A stretch of 64,000 nucleotides of DNA, taken from Longimicrobiales bacterium. Lineage in GTDB: Bacteria; Gemmatimonadota; Gemmatimonadetes; Longimicrobiales; Gaopeijiaceae. A program made the position numbers and the translations under genes. This document shows positions 36,263 through 45,279 of this stretch, one piece after another. The notes below the pieces were generated by a model, which worked only from the letters and a program-made list of their open reading frames with translations, was not told the origin of the DNA and ran no database searches. Position 1 is the first letter of the stretch. Each line of letters opens with the position of its first letter. Where the stretch lies: NCBI GenBank assembly GCA_046704285.1, contig JBJKSF010000076.1, positions 6,666 to 70,665 of the forward strand. Reading direction: 5' to 3'.

Positions 36263-38931
36263 TCACCTCCGTAGCGGGCGAAGAACCAGGTCTTCACCAG
36301 ATGCGTCAGGGTGGCGTAGGCCAGCAGGAAGCCCGCGATCCACGCCCAGTAGATGGCCGGCAGCCGGACGAGACCGAGCTCCGGGGCCAGAGGGGAGTAC
36401 GGGAGCCAGGCCCCGAACGCCATCACCGCGAGCGTGGTCAGGGTCATGTGCACGGATGCGCGGCTCTGCAGGAACGGGACCCGGCGCGTTCGGATCACGT
36501 GCACGATGAGCGTCTGCGTGAGCAGCGACTCCACGAACCAGCCGGTCTGGAAGAGGGCGGCGAGCCCCGCCCGCTGAGCCACCGTCGTGGCCGGGTCGAC
36601 GAACGCGCCGCAGTGGAAGAAGAACCACATGACGCCGAACGTCGCATAGTCGAAGATCGAGCTCATGGGCCCGACGAAGACCATGAAGCGCTTGATGTTG
36701 TCGACGTTCCAACGGAGCGGACGGGCGATGAGCTCCTCGTCGACGGTGTCCGTCGGGATGCCGGTCTGCGACAGGTCGTAGAGCAGGTTGTTCGTCAGGA
36801 TCTGCACGGGCAGCATGGGCAGGAAGGGGAGCAGATAGCTCGCGCCCACCACGCTGAACATGTTGCCGAAGTTGGAGCTGGCCCCCATGCGGATGTACTT
36901 GATGATGTTCGAGAAGACCCTCCGGCCCTCCATGATCCCTTCCTCGAGGACGAGCAGGCTCTTCTCCAGCAGGACGATGTCGGCCGACTCCTTGGCCACG
37001 TCCACGGCGGAGTCCACCGAGATGCCCACGTCGGCCGCCTTGAGCGCGGGGGCGTCGTTGATGCCGTCTCCCATGAAGCCCACGACGTGGCCGTTGCGGC
37101 GCAGGTCGCTGACGATCTCCTCCTTCTGGGAGGGGGAGAGCTTCACGAAGACGTTGTGCTCCTCCACCGTGCGCGAGAACTCCTCCGGCGACAGCCCGGC
37201 GAGCTCGGATCCCGTGACGATCCGCTGCGCGCGCAGGCCCACGTCGCGGCAGACCTTCTCGGTCACCAGGCTGTTGTCCCCGGTGAGCACCTTGACCCCG
37301 ACGCCGGCCGCGGAGAGCAGCGACAGCGCCTCGGTCGCCGAGACCTTCGGCGGGTCGAAGAACGCGATGTAGCCGAGCAGGACGAGCTCGGACTCGTCCT
37401 CGACCGAGAACGCGGTCTTCTCGCGGGGGAAGTCGCGGTACGCGATGCCGAGCACGCGGAATCCGTCGCGGTTGAGCGCCTCGACCTCCTCGAACAGGTC
37501 GCCGCGGATCATGTCGACCAGCGGGTAGACCTCGTCCTCGAGCTGGTAGCGCGTGCAGCACGCGTAGATCTCCTCCACCGCTCCCTTGCAGATCAGCACG
37601 TGGTCGCCCTCGTACTCCACCGCCACCGACATCCTGCGGCGCTGGAAGTCGAAGGGCAGCTCGTCCACGAGGCTGCACTGGCGCGTGTCGAGGTCCGCGT
37701 ATTCCAGGACCGCACGGTCGATGAGGTTGCGCAGCCCTGTCTGGAAGTGGCTGTTCAGGTACGCGTAGTTCAGCACCTCCTCGCTCGCGTGCCCGAGGAT
37801 GTCCACGTGCCGCTCCAGGACGACGCGGTCCTGGGTGAGCGTCCCGGTCTTGTCCGTGCACAGGACGTCGATCGCGCCGAAGTTCTGGATCGCGGGAAGC
37901 CGCTTCACGATGACCTTCTTGCGGGCCATCGTGAGCGCGCCCTTGGCCAGGTTCACCGTCACGATCATCGGCAGCATCTCGGGCGTCAGCCCGACCGCGA
38001 TGGACAGCCCGAAGAGGAGTGCCTCCAGCCAGTTGCCCTTGGTCGCACCCACGATCAGGAACACGGCGAAGACCATCACGACCATGAACCGGATCATGAG
38101 CCAGGTGAACGAGCGCACCCCGCGGTCGAAGTCGGTCTCCGCCCGCCGCTCGGCCAGCCGCTCCGAGATCGCCCCGAAGAGCGTGCGGGTGCCCGTGTGG
38201 ATCACGACGCCGCGTGCGGTGCCGCTCGTGACCGAGGTGCCGAAGAAGCAGACGTTCGGAAGCTCGAGAGGCGAGGCGGGGGGCTGCTGGGGCGTCGTAG
38301 CGGTCTTCTCGGCCGGCAGCGCCTCTCCGGTGAGGGCGGACTCGCCCACGAAGAAGTCCTTCGCGCTGATCAGCCGGAGGTCGGCCGGCACGATCGATCC
38401 GGCCTGCAGCAGGACCACGTCGCCGGGAACGATGTCCGAGATCCGGACCTCCTCCTCCCGGCCGTCGCGCAGGACGAACGTGCGGGACTCCACTCGCTTG
38501 CCGAGTCCCTCCACGGCCTGGCTGGAGCGGCGGTCGAGCACGTAGGACAGCCCCACGCTGAGCAGGACCATCCCCGCGACGATGACGGCCGCCTTCATCT
38601 CCCCCGTGAACCCCGAGACGGCGGCGATCACGAGGAGCTGGACGACGAGCGGGCTCCGCAGCCGATGGTACATGTCGGCCCAGAAGCCCAACCGCTTCAG
38701 GTGCGACAGCTCGTTCGGGCCGTACTCGTCGAGGCGCTCCTCGGCCTCCTCGGCGCCGAGGCCCAGCGGTGTGGTCTCGAGGGCGGCGAGCCCCTCCTGG
38801 AGGGGCCCGGCGCACAGATCGATCAGCCGGCGCTCGTCCTCACTCGAGGGGCGCGGGGCCGGAGGGGAGGCGCGCAGCGAGGCGCCCCCGCCTCGACGGG
38901 CGGCAGGTCGCGCGTCTGGTTGGGCAGCCAT
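36259..38931 (-). CDS. mgtA: Magnesium-translocating P-type ATPase
   Basis: 890 aa with phosphorylation site CTDKTGTLT, TGESLP-like TGEALPAEK, MGDGINDAPALKAADVGISV and 10 TM helices. The overall layout is typical of MgtA/MgtB. Confidence 0.92.
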   Translation of the reverse strand: MAAQPDARPAARRGGGASLRASPPAPRPSSEDERRLIDLCAGPLQEGLAALETTPLGLGAEEAEERLDEYGPNELSHLKRLGFWADMYHRLRSPLVVQLLVIAAVSGFTGEMKAAVIVAGMVLLSVGLSYVLDRRSSQAVEGLGKRVESRTFVLRDGREEEVRISDIVPGDVVLLQAGSIVPADLRLISAKDFFVGESALTGEALPAEKTATTPQQPPASPLELPNVCFFGTSVTSGTARGVVIHTGTRTLFGAISERLAERRAETDFDRGVRSFTWLMIRFMVVMVFAVFLIVGATKGNWLEALLFGLSIAVGLTPEMLPMIVTVNLAKGALTMARKKVIVKRLPAIQNFGAIDVLCTDKTGTLTQDRVVLERHVDILGHASEEVLNYAYLNSHFQTGLRNLIDRAVLEYADLDTRQCSLVDELPFDFQRRRMSVAVEYEGDHVLICKGAVEEIYACCTRYQLEDEVYPLVDMIRGDLFEEVEALNRDGFRVLGIAYRDFPREKTAFSVEDESELVLLGYIAFFDPPKVSATEALSLLSAAGVGVKVLTGDNSLVTEKVCRDVGLRAQRIVTGSELAGLSPEEFSRTVEEHNVFVKLSPSQKEEIVSDLRRNGHVVGFMGDGINDAPALKAADVGISVDSAVDVAKESADIVLLEKSLLVLEEGIMEGRRVFSNIIKYIRMGASSNFGNMFSVVGASYLLPFLPMLPVQILTNNLLYDLSQTGIPTDTVDEELIARPLRWNVDNIKRFMVFVGPMSSIFDYATFGVMWFFFHCGAFVDPATTVAQRAGLAALFQTGWFVESLLTQTLIVHVIRTRRVPFLQSRASVHMTLTTLAVMAFGAWLPYSPLAPELGLVRLPAIYWAWIAGFLLAYATLTHLVKTWFFARYGGD

Positions 38932-39063
38932 CGGCTTCGCTCATGACCGGGCCCTCCTCGATGCGGACCGCTCGGCACGCCCGACGAGCGGCCCGTTCCG
39001 ACGTCGGCGCGGCGAACGAGGTAAGATGATCGCGGATTGACACGGCGTCTACCTTTCCGGGCC

Positions 39064-40023
39064 ATGTCGCGCGCATCGAGCCTCGCCCGCGCCGCGGGCC
39101 CGCCGGCCGCCGGTCTGGCAGCTCCTGCCGCGAAAGTCGCCGCCGGCCTGGCCCTGATCTACCTGGTCTGGGGCTCGACGTACCTGGCGATCCGTTTCGC
39201 GATCGAGACGATCCCGCCGCTGCCGATGGCCGCGACCCGGTTCCTCGTGGCGGGGACCGTTCTCTACGCCTGGATGCGGATGCGGGGCGCGCCGAGGCCC
39301 AGCGTGCGCGAGTGGGCCGGGGCCGCGGTCGTCGGCACGCTCCTCCTGGCCGTGGGCAACGCGGGGGTGGTGTTCGCGGAGCAGTGGGTCCCCTCCGGGC
39401 TCGCGGCGCTGCTCATCGGATCCGAGCCGCTCTGGATCGTGCTGGTGGACTGGGGCTGGGGCACGCGCACCCGCCCGACCCGGCGCGTCGTGGCCGGGCT
39501 GGTGGCCGGCTTCGTGGGCATCGCCGTCCTCGCCGGACCGTCGGGGTTGGCCGCCGGGGGACGGCAGGAGCTCGTCGGGGCCGGCATCCTCCTGGGGGCA
39601 TCGTTCGCCTGGGCGGTCGGCTCGATCTACTCGCGCCACGCGGCCAGGCCGGCACACCCCCGTCTGTGGGTCGCCATGCAGATGCTCGTGGGGGGCGCCG
39701 TGCTCGTGGTGGAGTCGCTCATGACGGGAGAGGCCGGCGCGCTGCGCCCGTCCGCCGTGTCTCTCGAGTCGGCGCTCGCGGTGCTCTACCTCGTTGTGTT
39801 CGGGTCGCTGGTGGGCTACGTCTGCTACATCTGGCTGCTGTCGGTATCGACCCCCGCGCTGGTGTCCACGTACGCGTACGTGAACCCCGTGGTGGCGCTG
39901 TTCCTGGGATGGGCGGTGGCACACGAGCCGGTGACCTATCGCTCCTTGCTCGCGGCTGCCATCATCCTGGGGTCGGTCGTCGTCATAACCGCGCAGGGTA
40001 GGAGCCGCACGTCGCGGTCGTAG
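39064..40023 (+). CDS. EamA family (DMT superfamily) transporter
   Basis: Ten predicted TM helices in two EamA repeats (LIYLVWGSTYLAIRF, YVCYIWLL..PALVSTYAYVNPVVA). Confidence 0.85.
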   Translation: MSRASSLARAAGPPAAGLAAPAAKVAAGLALIYLVWGSTYLAIRFAIETIPPLPMAATRFLVAGTVLYAWMRMRGAPRPSVREWAGAAVVGTLLLAVGNAGVVFAEQWVPSGLAALLIGSEPLWIVLVDWGWGTRTRPTRRVVAGLVAGFVGIAVLAGPSGLAAGGRQELVGAGILLGASFAWAVGSIYSRHAARPAHPRLWVAMQMLVGGAVLVVESLMTGEAGALRPSAVSLESALAVLYLVVFGSLVGYVCYIWLLSVSTPALVSTYAYVNPVVALFLGWAVAHEPVTYRSLLAAAIILGSVVVITAQGRSRTSRS

Positions 40024-40056
40024 CCTCGCGGGACCACAGCGGGACAGGAGGGCGCC

Positions 40057-40998
40057 ATGCTGGGTAGCCTGCCGAGCGTTCCCTGGCTGCCCCCGGACGT
40101 CCAGTTGAAGGTGGTCAAGTCGGCCGTCCTGGCGCTCCTGCTCGTCGCCGTCCGGCGCGGGACGCTCCTGGTCGTGGACCGGAAGGTGCAGGACGGCAGG
40201 CTCCGCTACCGATGGTCGAAGGGGACGGCATACGCCGTCTTCGTGGTCGGCCTGCTCGCGCTCGTGCAGATCTGGTTCGACGTGATCCAGTCGGCCAGCA
40301 CGTTCATGGGCCTCGTAGCGGCCGGTCTCGCCATCGCGCTGAAGGACCTCGTGGCCGACCTGGCCGGCTGGGTCTTCCTCATGTGGCGTCGTCCCTTCGA
40401 CCTCGGGGACCGGGTCCAGCTCGGCGAGCACGCGGGTGACGTAGTGGACATCCGCATCTTCCAGTTCTCGATGCTCGAGATCGGCAACTGGGTCGGCGCG
40501 GACCAGAGCACGGGACGCATCATCCACGTTCCCAACGCGCTGGTGTTCCAGCAGCCGCTGGCCAACTACTCTGCCGGATTCCCGTTCGTCTGGAACGAGC
40601 TTCCCGTCCTCGTGACGTTCGAGAGCGACTGGCGCAAGGCCAAGCAGCTCCTCGCGGAGATCGCCTCGGAGGAGACGTCGGACGTGAGCGAGCGCGCCGC
40701 AGAGACGCTGCGCAGGAGCGCGAAGAGGTTCCTCATCCATTACCGGACGCTCACGTCCACCGTGTACACCTCGGTGGAGGAGAGTGGGGTGCTCCTGACC
40801 ATCCGCTACCTCTGTGAGGCGCGGGCGCGTCGCGGAACCGCGCAGGCCCTCTGGGAGCGGATCCTCGACGCCTTCGCGCAGGCTCCGGACATCGATCTGG
40901 CCTATCCCACGCGGCGGGCGTACCTGAACTTCGTGGAGGGCAAGGAGGGAGCCCGGGCACCGATGCCGCCGTTGTCGCCGGGAGGCCGAGGGTCGTAG
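40057..40998 (+). CDS. Mechanosensitive ion channel (MscS) family protein
   Basis: TM3/beta-domain signature LAIALKDLVADLAGWVFLMWRRPFDLGDRVQLG..GDVVDI..F...E and IHVPN. Confidence 0.85.
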   Translation: MLGSLPSVPWLPPDVQLKVVKSAVLALLLVAVRRGTLLVVDRKVQDGRLRYRWSKGTAYAVFVVGLLALVQIWFDVIQSASTFMGLVAAGLAIALKDLVADLAGWVFLMWRRPFDLGDRVQLGEHAGDVVDIRIFQFSMLEIGNWVGADQSTGRIIHVPNALVFQQPLANYSAGFPFVWNELPVLVTFESDWRKAKQLLAEIASEETSDVSERAAETLRRSAKRFLIHYRTLTSTVYTSVEESGVLLTIRYLCEARARRGTAQALWERILDAFAQAPDIDLAYPTRRAYLNFVEGKEGARAPMPPLSPGGRGS

Positions 40999-41063
40999 GT
41001 TTCGGGCCGGCGCGGTCCGGGTGGATCGCGTCCGGCGTGCGAGATCGGAGAATCGGGCCCGGC

Positions 41064-42224
41064 ATGAGCCACTATCTCGACTATGCGGCGACGTCGGCCG
41101 AACGGCCTCGGGCCGTGGCCGCGGCGATGTCCGACTTCCTCCTGCAGGGAGGCGCGAGTCCCGGCAGAGGCGGTTATGCGGCCGCCGTGGACGCGGGCCG
41201 CCGGGTCCTGGCCTGCCGGCGCGCGGTGCAGCGGGTCCTGGGCGTGGGCGGCGATCCCGGCCGGGTCGCGTTCTTCCAGAACGCGACCCAGGCCCTGAAC
41301 ACCGCGCTGTGGGGCTCGCTCGAGCCAGGAGACGCGCTCGTGGTCTCGCAGTACGATCACAATGCCGTCCTTCGTCCGGCCGCATACCTGGAGCGGGAGC
41401 GGGGCGTCGAGGTGCGGATGCTGTCAGGGACACCGGAAGGCGAGGTGGACCTCGGGGAGGCGGAGCGACTCCTCGACGGAGCGAAGCTGCTCGTGGTCAA
41501 CAGCGCCTCCAACGTGCTCGGCAATCGCCTTCCGCTTGCCGATCTGGCGGAGCGTGCGCGCGCGACCGGCACGCTCGTCCTTCTCGACGCGGCCCAGGGA
41601 GCGGGGCACTTTCCGCTGACCTGCGAGGCCGACGGCGTGGACCTCGTGGCGTTCACGGGCCACAAGGGACTGCTCGGCCCTCAAGGCACCGGAGGGCTGT
41701 GGGTGCGGGAGGGGCTGGAGGTGGCCCCGCTGCTGCGCGGTGGAACGGGTGGTGACTCCACGCTGCGGGACATGCCGCCGGCGATGCCCGACCGCCTGGA
41801 GGCGGGCACGCCGAACGCACCGGGGCTCGTCGGGCTCGAGGCCGGGATCACCTACGTGCTGGAGCGGGGCGTGGCGCCGATCGGCGCCCACGAGGCTCGC
41901 CTGAAGGGCCGCCTCCGCGATGGGCTCGCGGCGATCCGGGGTGTGCACGTGCGGTCGCCGTCCGCTCCGGACGGAGCGGCCATCGTGACGATCACGACCG
42001 CCGCGGTCGATGCGGCGACGCTGGCGACGCGCCTCGACCACGAGTGGAACGTGCAGGTGAGGTCGGGTCTGCACTGCGCACCGGAGGCGCATCGGATCCT
42101 GGGAACGCTGGGGACCGGAGCGGTACGGTTCTCCGTCGGGTGGGCGTCCACGGACGAGGATGTCGACCGGGCCGTGGAAGGCGTGGAGGCCATCGTGCGC
42201 CCGCAGGCCGTGGCGGCCTCCTGA
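41064..42224 (+). CDS. Class V aminotransferase-fold PLP enzyme (cysteine desulfurase-like)
   Basis: YLDYAATS, SASNVLG, PLP-lysine context FTGHKGLLGPQGTGGL, and RSGLHCAPEAH. Confidence 0.82.
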   Translation: MSHYLDYAATSAERPRAVAAAMSDFLLQGGASPGRGGYAAAVDAGRRVLACRRAVQRVLGVGGDPGRVAFFQNATQALNTALWGSLEPGDALVVSQYDHNAVLRPAAYLERERGVEVRMLSGTPEGEVDLGEAERLLDGAKLLVVNSASNVLGNRLPLADLAERARATGTLVLLDAAQGAGHFPLTCEADGVDLVAFTGHKGLLGPQGTGGLWVREGLEVAPLLRGGTGGDSTLRDMPPAMPDRLEAGTPNAPGLVGLEAGITYVLERGVAPIGAHEARLKGRLRDGLAAIRGVHVRSPSAPDGAAIVTITTAAVDAATLATRLDHEWNVQVRSGLHCAPEAHRILGTLGTGAVRFSVGWASTDEDVDRAVEGVEAIVRPQAVAAS

Positions 42225-42248
42225 CCCGCCGGACGAGGTAAGGGGAGG

Positions 42249-42812
42249 ATGCGGCTCTTCATCGCCCTCAATCTTCCGAAGAAGGAGCGGGAGCGGATCC
42301 ACCGCGCCACCCGCGCGCTCCGCGAGGCCGAGCTCCCGGTACGCTGGATCGAGCCGGACAGCCTTCACATCACCTTGAAGTTCCTCGGCGAGGTGCGCCC
42401 CGACGTCGTGCCCGGGGTGGAGGGTGCCCTCGCGCGGGCCGCCGGTGGGACCAGTGCGTTCTCGATGCTCCTGGAGGGGTTCGGAGCCTTTCCGACGATC
42501 CGCCGCCCGCGCGTGGTGTGGCTGGGCATCGAGGCCAGCCCGGAGCTCCGGTGCCTGAAGCAGGACGTCGAATGGGCTCTGGGGGATTGCGGATTCACGC
42601 CCGAGACGCGTGCGTTCCAGCCGCACCTGACGTTGGGCAGGGCGGAGAAGGCGGCCGGCGCCGGCGCCTTCCGGGACCTGGACGAGCTGGTCGCGGGACT
42701 GGAGTTCCGGGGCACGGTGCAGGTGCGGGCGGTGGACCTGATGCAGAGCCACCTGTCCCGGGAGGGCGCGCGCTACACCATCCGGTCCAGCGCCCGGTTG
42801 GCCTCAACTTGA
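42249..42812 (+). CDS. thpR: RNA 2',3'-cyclic phosphodiesterase (2H phosphoesterase, ThpR/LigT)
   Basis: MRLFIAL plus two HxT/S motifs, HITLKFLG and HLTLGR, at the canonical spacing. Confidence 0.88.
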   Translation: MRLFIALNLPKKERERIHRATRALREAELPVRWIEPDSLHITLKFLGEVRPDVVPGVEGALARAAGGTSAFSMLLEGFGAFPTIRRPRVVWLGIEASPELRCLKQDVEWALGDCGFTPETRAFQPHLTLGRAEKAAGAGAFRDLDELVAGLEFRGTVQVRAVDLMQSHLSREGARYTIRSSARLAST

Positions 42813-42834
42813 GGGGTCGGAGCGAGCGGCGGCG

Positions 42835-43494
42835 ATGCGTCTGATCAAGAGGCTGGTGGCTCTGGTGGTCCTGGCGGCGGCGGCCTACGCCGGCTTCCGG
42901 TGGGGCGACAAGGTGTTTCCTCCTCTGGAGCGGCTGCTGGGACACGCGCGACATCCCGCGGCGGTCGAGGCCCGGGGGGGGGCACCGCAGCCATCGCAGG
43001 CGATCGCCGACTCGACGCTCGCGCTCCTGCAGCGCTTCAGGGACGGCAAGGGACCGGGTAGCATCAGGTTCGGAAGCACCCAGCTCACCTCCGTCGTGCG
43101 GTACGATCTGCCTGGCTTGGTGCCGCCCGGCGTGGCCGACCCGACGGTGGCGCTGCGGGACGGGCGGGTGCACGTCTCGGCGCGGGCGGCCGTGGGCGCG
43201 TTCCCCCGCCTGCGCAGCCTCGACAGAGTGGTCGGCATTCTTCCCGACACGGTCCTGATCGAGGCGGAGGGCACGTTGGTGCGCGTCGACCAGCAGCACC
43301 TGGGCCTGCTCGTGGATCACATGGCGGTCGATCACATTCCGCTGCCGCGTCCGATGATCGCGGACGTGCTCGCGCACCTGGGAGCCGACCGGGACAAGCT
43401 TCTGCCCAGGGACGCCCTCCTCGTGCCGATGCCGGACGGGCTCTCGGCGGCGTTCGTCCAGCGCGACAGCCTCGTCCTTCTCGCCAAGCGATGA
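42835..43494 (+). CDS. Hypothetical membrane-anchored protein
   Basis: N-terminal TM helix (LVALVVLAAAAYAGF) and coding-like codon bias. Its stop overlaps the start of the downstream response regulator (ATGA). Confidence 0.55.
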   Translation: MRLIKRLVALVVLAAAAYAGFRWGDKVFPPLERLLGHARHPAAVEARGGAPQPSQAIADSTLALLQRFRDGKGPGSIRFGSTQLTSVVRYDLPGLVPPGVADPTVALRDGRVHVSARAAVGAFPRLRSLDRVVGILPDTVLIEAEGTLVRVDQQHLGLLVDHMAVDHIPLPRPMIADVLAHLGADRDKLLPRDALLVPMPDGLSAAFVQRDSLVLLAKR

Positions 43495-44861
43495 TCGCCA
43501 TGGCCAAGCTGCTCGTGGTAGACGATGAGCCCTCCATCCGGGACGTGCTCGCCCAGGTGTTCGAGTACGAGGGCCACGACGTCGCGGTGGTCGGGGACGG
43601 CCCGGAGGCACTGGACCTGGCCGCGACGTTCCGTCCCGACGTGACCTTTCTGGACGTGAAGATGCCCGGCATGGACGGCCTGGAGGTGCTGGAGCGGTTG
43701 CGGGAGGACGATCCGGGCGCGCTGGTGATCATGATCTCCGGGCACGGCTCGATCGAGACCGCGGTGGAGGCGACCCGCAAGGGGGCCTACGACTTCCTGG
43801 AGAAGCCGCTGGACACCGATCGGCTCCTCGTGACCCTCAAGCGGGCACTCGACTTCAGGGGACTCACGGCGAGCGTGGAGGCACTGCGCACCGAGGTCGA
43901 GAGTCGCTACGAGATCGTCGGCGGCTCGTACCAGATCCGGCAGGTCCTCGAGCGCGTGGAGCGCGTGGCGCCGACGGACGCCCGCGTCCTGATCACCGGG
44001 GACAACGGTACCGGCAAGGAGCTCGTGGCGCGCGCGATCCACAGGCTCTCGCAGCGCGCGGCAGGTCCCTTCGTGGAGGTGAATTGCGCCGCGATCCCCT
44101 CGGAGCTCATCGAGTCCGCTCTCTTCGGGCACATGAAAGGCTCCTTCACCGGGGCGGTGCAGGACCGGGCGGGGAAGTTCGAGCAGGCCGACCGGGGCAC
44201 GCTGTTCCTCGACGAGGTGGGCGACATGTCGCTGGCCGCGCAGGCGAAGGTGCTGCGAGCCCTCGAGCAGGGCGTGGTGACGCGGGTCGGCGGCGCGAAG
44301 CCGATCGAGGTGGACGTTCGCGTGGTAGCCGCGACGAACAAGGACCTGCCCCACGAGATCGGGGAGGGTACGTTCCGCGAGGACCTGTTCTACCGACTCA
44401 ACGTCGTGCCCATCGAGGTGCCGCCGCTGCGGGAGCGTCGGGAGGATATCCCGATGCTCGTGCGCCACTTCACGGACCTGATGGTGAAGAGCGACCGCGT
44501 GGCGTCGCGCCGGTTCGCCGACGACGCGATCGCGGCGCTGGCGGACCTTGAGTGGCCCGGGAACGTGCGTGAGCTGCGCAACACGGTGGAGCGCCTCCTG
44601 ATCCTCGCCACGGGGGACACGGTACGGCTCGAAGACGTCCAGCTTCTCGCCTCCGGCCGTGCCACGCCCGTCGGCCTGGCCGGCGAGCTGCTGCGTGCCA
44701 AGACGTTCTCGGACTTCAAGGACCGGGCCGAGCGCGCGTATATCCTACAGAAGCTGCACGAGAACGACTGGAACGTGGCGGAGACGGCTCGCAGCATCGA
44801 CATGCCGCGCTCCAACCTCTACAAGAAGATCGAGAAGTACGGCCTGATCCGGGACGAGTAG
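43491..44861 (+). CDS. Sigma-54-dependent response regulator (NtrC family enhancer-binding protein)
   Basis: Receiver domain (LLVVDDEPSIR, phospho-Asp context FLDVKMPGMDG), AAA+ Walker A GDNGTGKE, sigma-54 contact loop GSFTGA, FLDEVGDM, and the C-terminal Fis-type HTH NVAETARSIDMPRSNLYKKI. Confidence 0.92.
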   Translation: MIAMAKLLVVDDEPSIRDVLAQVFEYEGHDVAVVGDGPEALDLAATFRPDVTFLDVKMPGMDGLEVLERLREDDPGALVIMISGHGSIETAVEATRKGAYDFLEKPLDTDRLLVTLKRALDFRGLTASVEALRTEVESRYEIVGGSYQIRQVLERVERVAPTDARVLITGDNGTGKELVARAIHRLSQRAAGPFVEVNCAAIPSELIESALFGHMKGSFTGAVQDRAGKFEQADRGTLFLDEVGDMSLAAQAKVLRALEQGVVTRVGGAKPIEVDVRVVAATNKDLPHEIGEGTFREDLFYRLNVVPIEVPPLRERREDIPMLVRHFTDLMVKSDRVASRRFADDAIAALADLEWPGNVRELRNTVERLLILATGDTVRLEDVQLLASGRATPVGLAGELLRAKTFSDFKDRAERAYILQKLHENDWNVAETARSIDMPRSNLYKKIEKYGLIRDE

Positions 44862-44946
44862 CGGCACACTGGCCCGGCCTGCCGCGACGGCTTGCCCGGC
44901 CGGGTTCGCCCGGATTAGGTTCGTGCCCACAAGTTCTGATTCGGCG

Positions 44947-45111
44947 GGTGGGTCACTACGGAAGCCGGTGCGAATCCGGCGCGGCCCCGCCACTGTGAGA
45001 GGTCCGGGCGTCCCGTTCGGGACGACCGGAACGCACGCTCACCCGATGCCACTGGGGATCTTCCCTGGGAAGGCGAGCGAAGCGGCCTCGAGCCAGGAGA
45101 CCTGACCCACC
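44947..45111 (+). promoter_or_regulatory. Cobalamin (B12) riboswitch aptamer
   Basis: 9-bp P1 stem GGTGGGTCA (44947-55) / TGACCCACC (45103-11). Conserved core GGAAGCCGGTGCGAATCCGGCGCGGCCCCGCCACTGT, B12 box GCCACTGGGG..CTGGGAAGGCG, and AGCCAGGAGACCTGA. It lies upstream of a TonB-dependent receptor. A downstream hairpin TCCCGTTC/GAACGGGA (45174-45200) followed by TTGTCGTT could be the expression platform. Confidence 0.9.
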
Positions 45112-45279
45112 TGCGCCATCGCCAACGTCTCCGAGGGGAGGCGGGGGGGCCGAGCGCGTCTCGTCACGTCCCGTCCCGTTCTTCGCCCGGAGGAACGGGA
45201 TTGTCGTTCGATGCCACGACGTGCTCGCGTGGGGCGAGCCCGGCGCGTTCCAGCGGCTTTCCCGAAAGGGGAGCCGTCC

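Noticed and set aside
36263-38946. 850-aa alternative-frame minus ORF (36263..38815) and 881-aa plus-strand ORF (36301..38946) overlapping mgtA
   Set aside because: Only the 36259..38931 frame contains the P-type ATPase motifs DKTGTLT and GDGINDAPALK. The other two are compositional artefacts.
38932-39063. Mg2+ riboswitch (M-box) or mgtL-like leader upstream of mgtA
   Set aside because: The 130-nt leader was read on the minus strand. No M-box-like conserved core was recognisable, and the only small ORF (MSEADGCP...) overlaps the mgtA start out of frame, with no supporting features. A covariance-model scan would be needed to be sure.
39049-41433. 794-aa minus-strand ORF opposite the EamA, MscS and aminotransferase genes
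   Set aside because: It is a shadow ORF crossing three recognisable plus-strand genes and their intergenic gaps.
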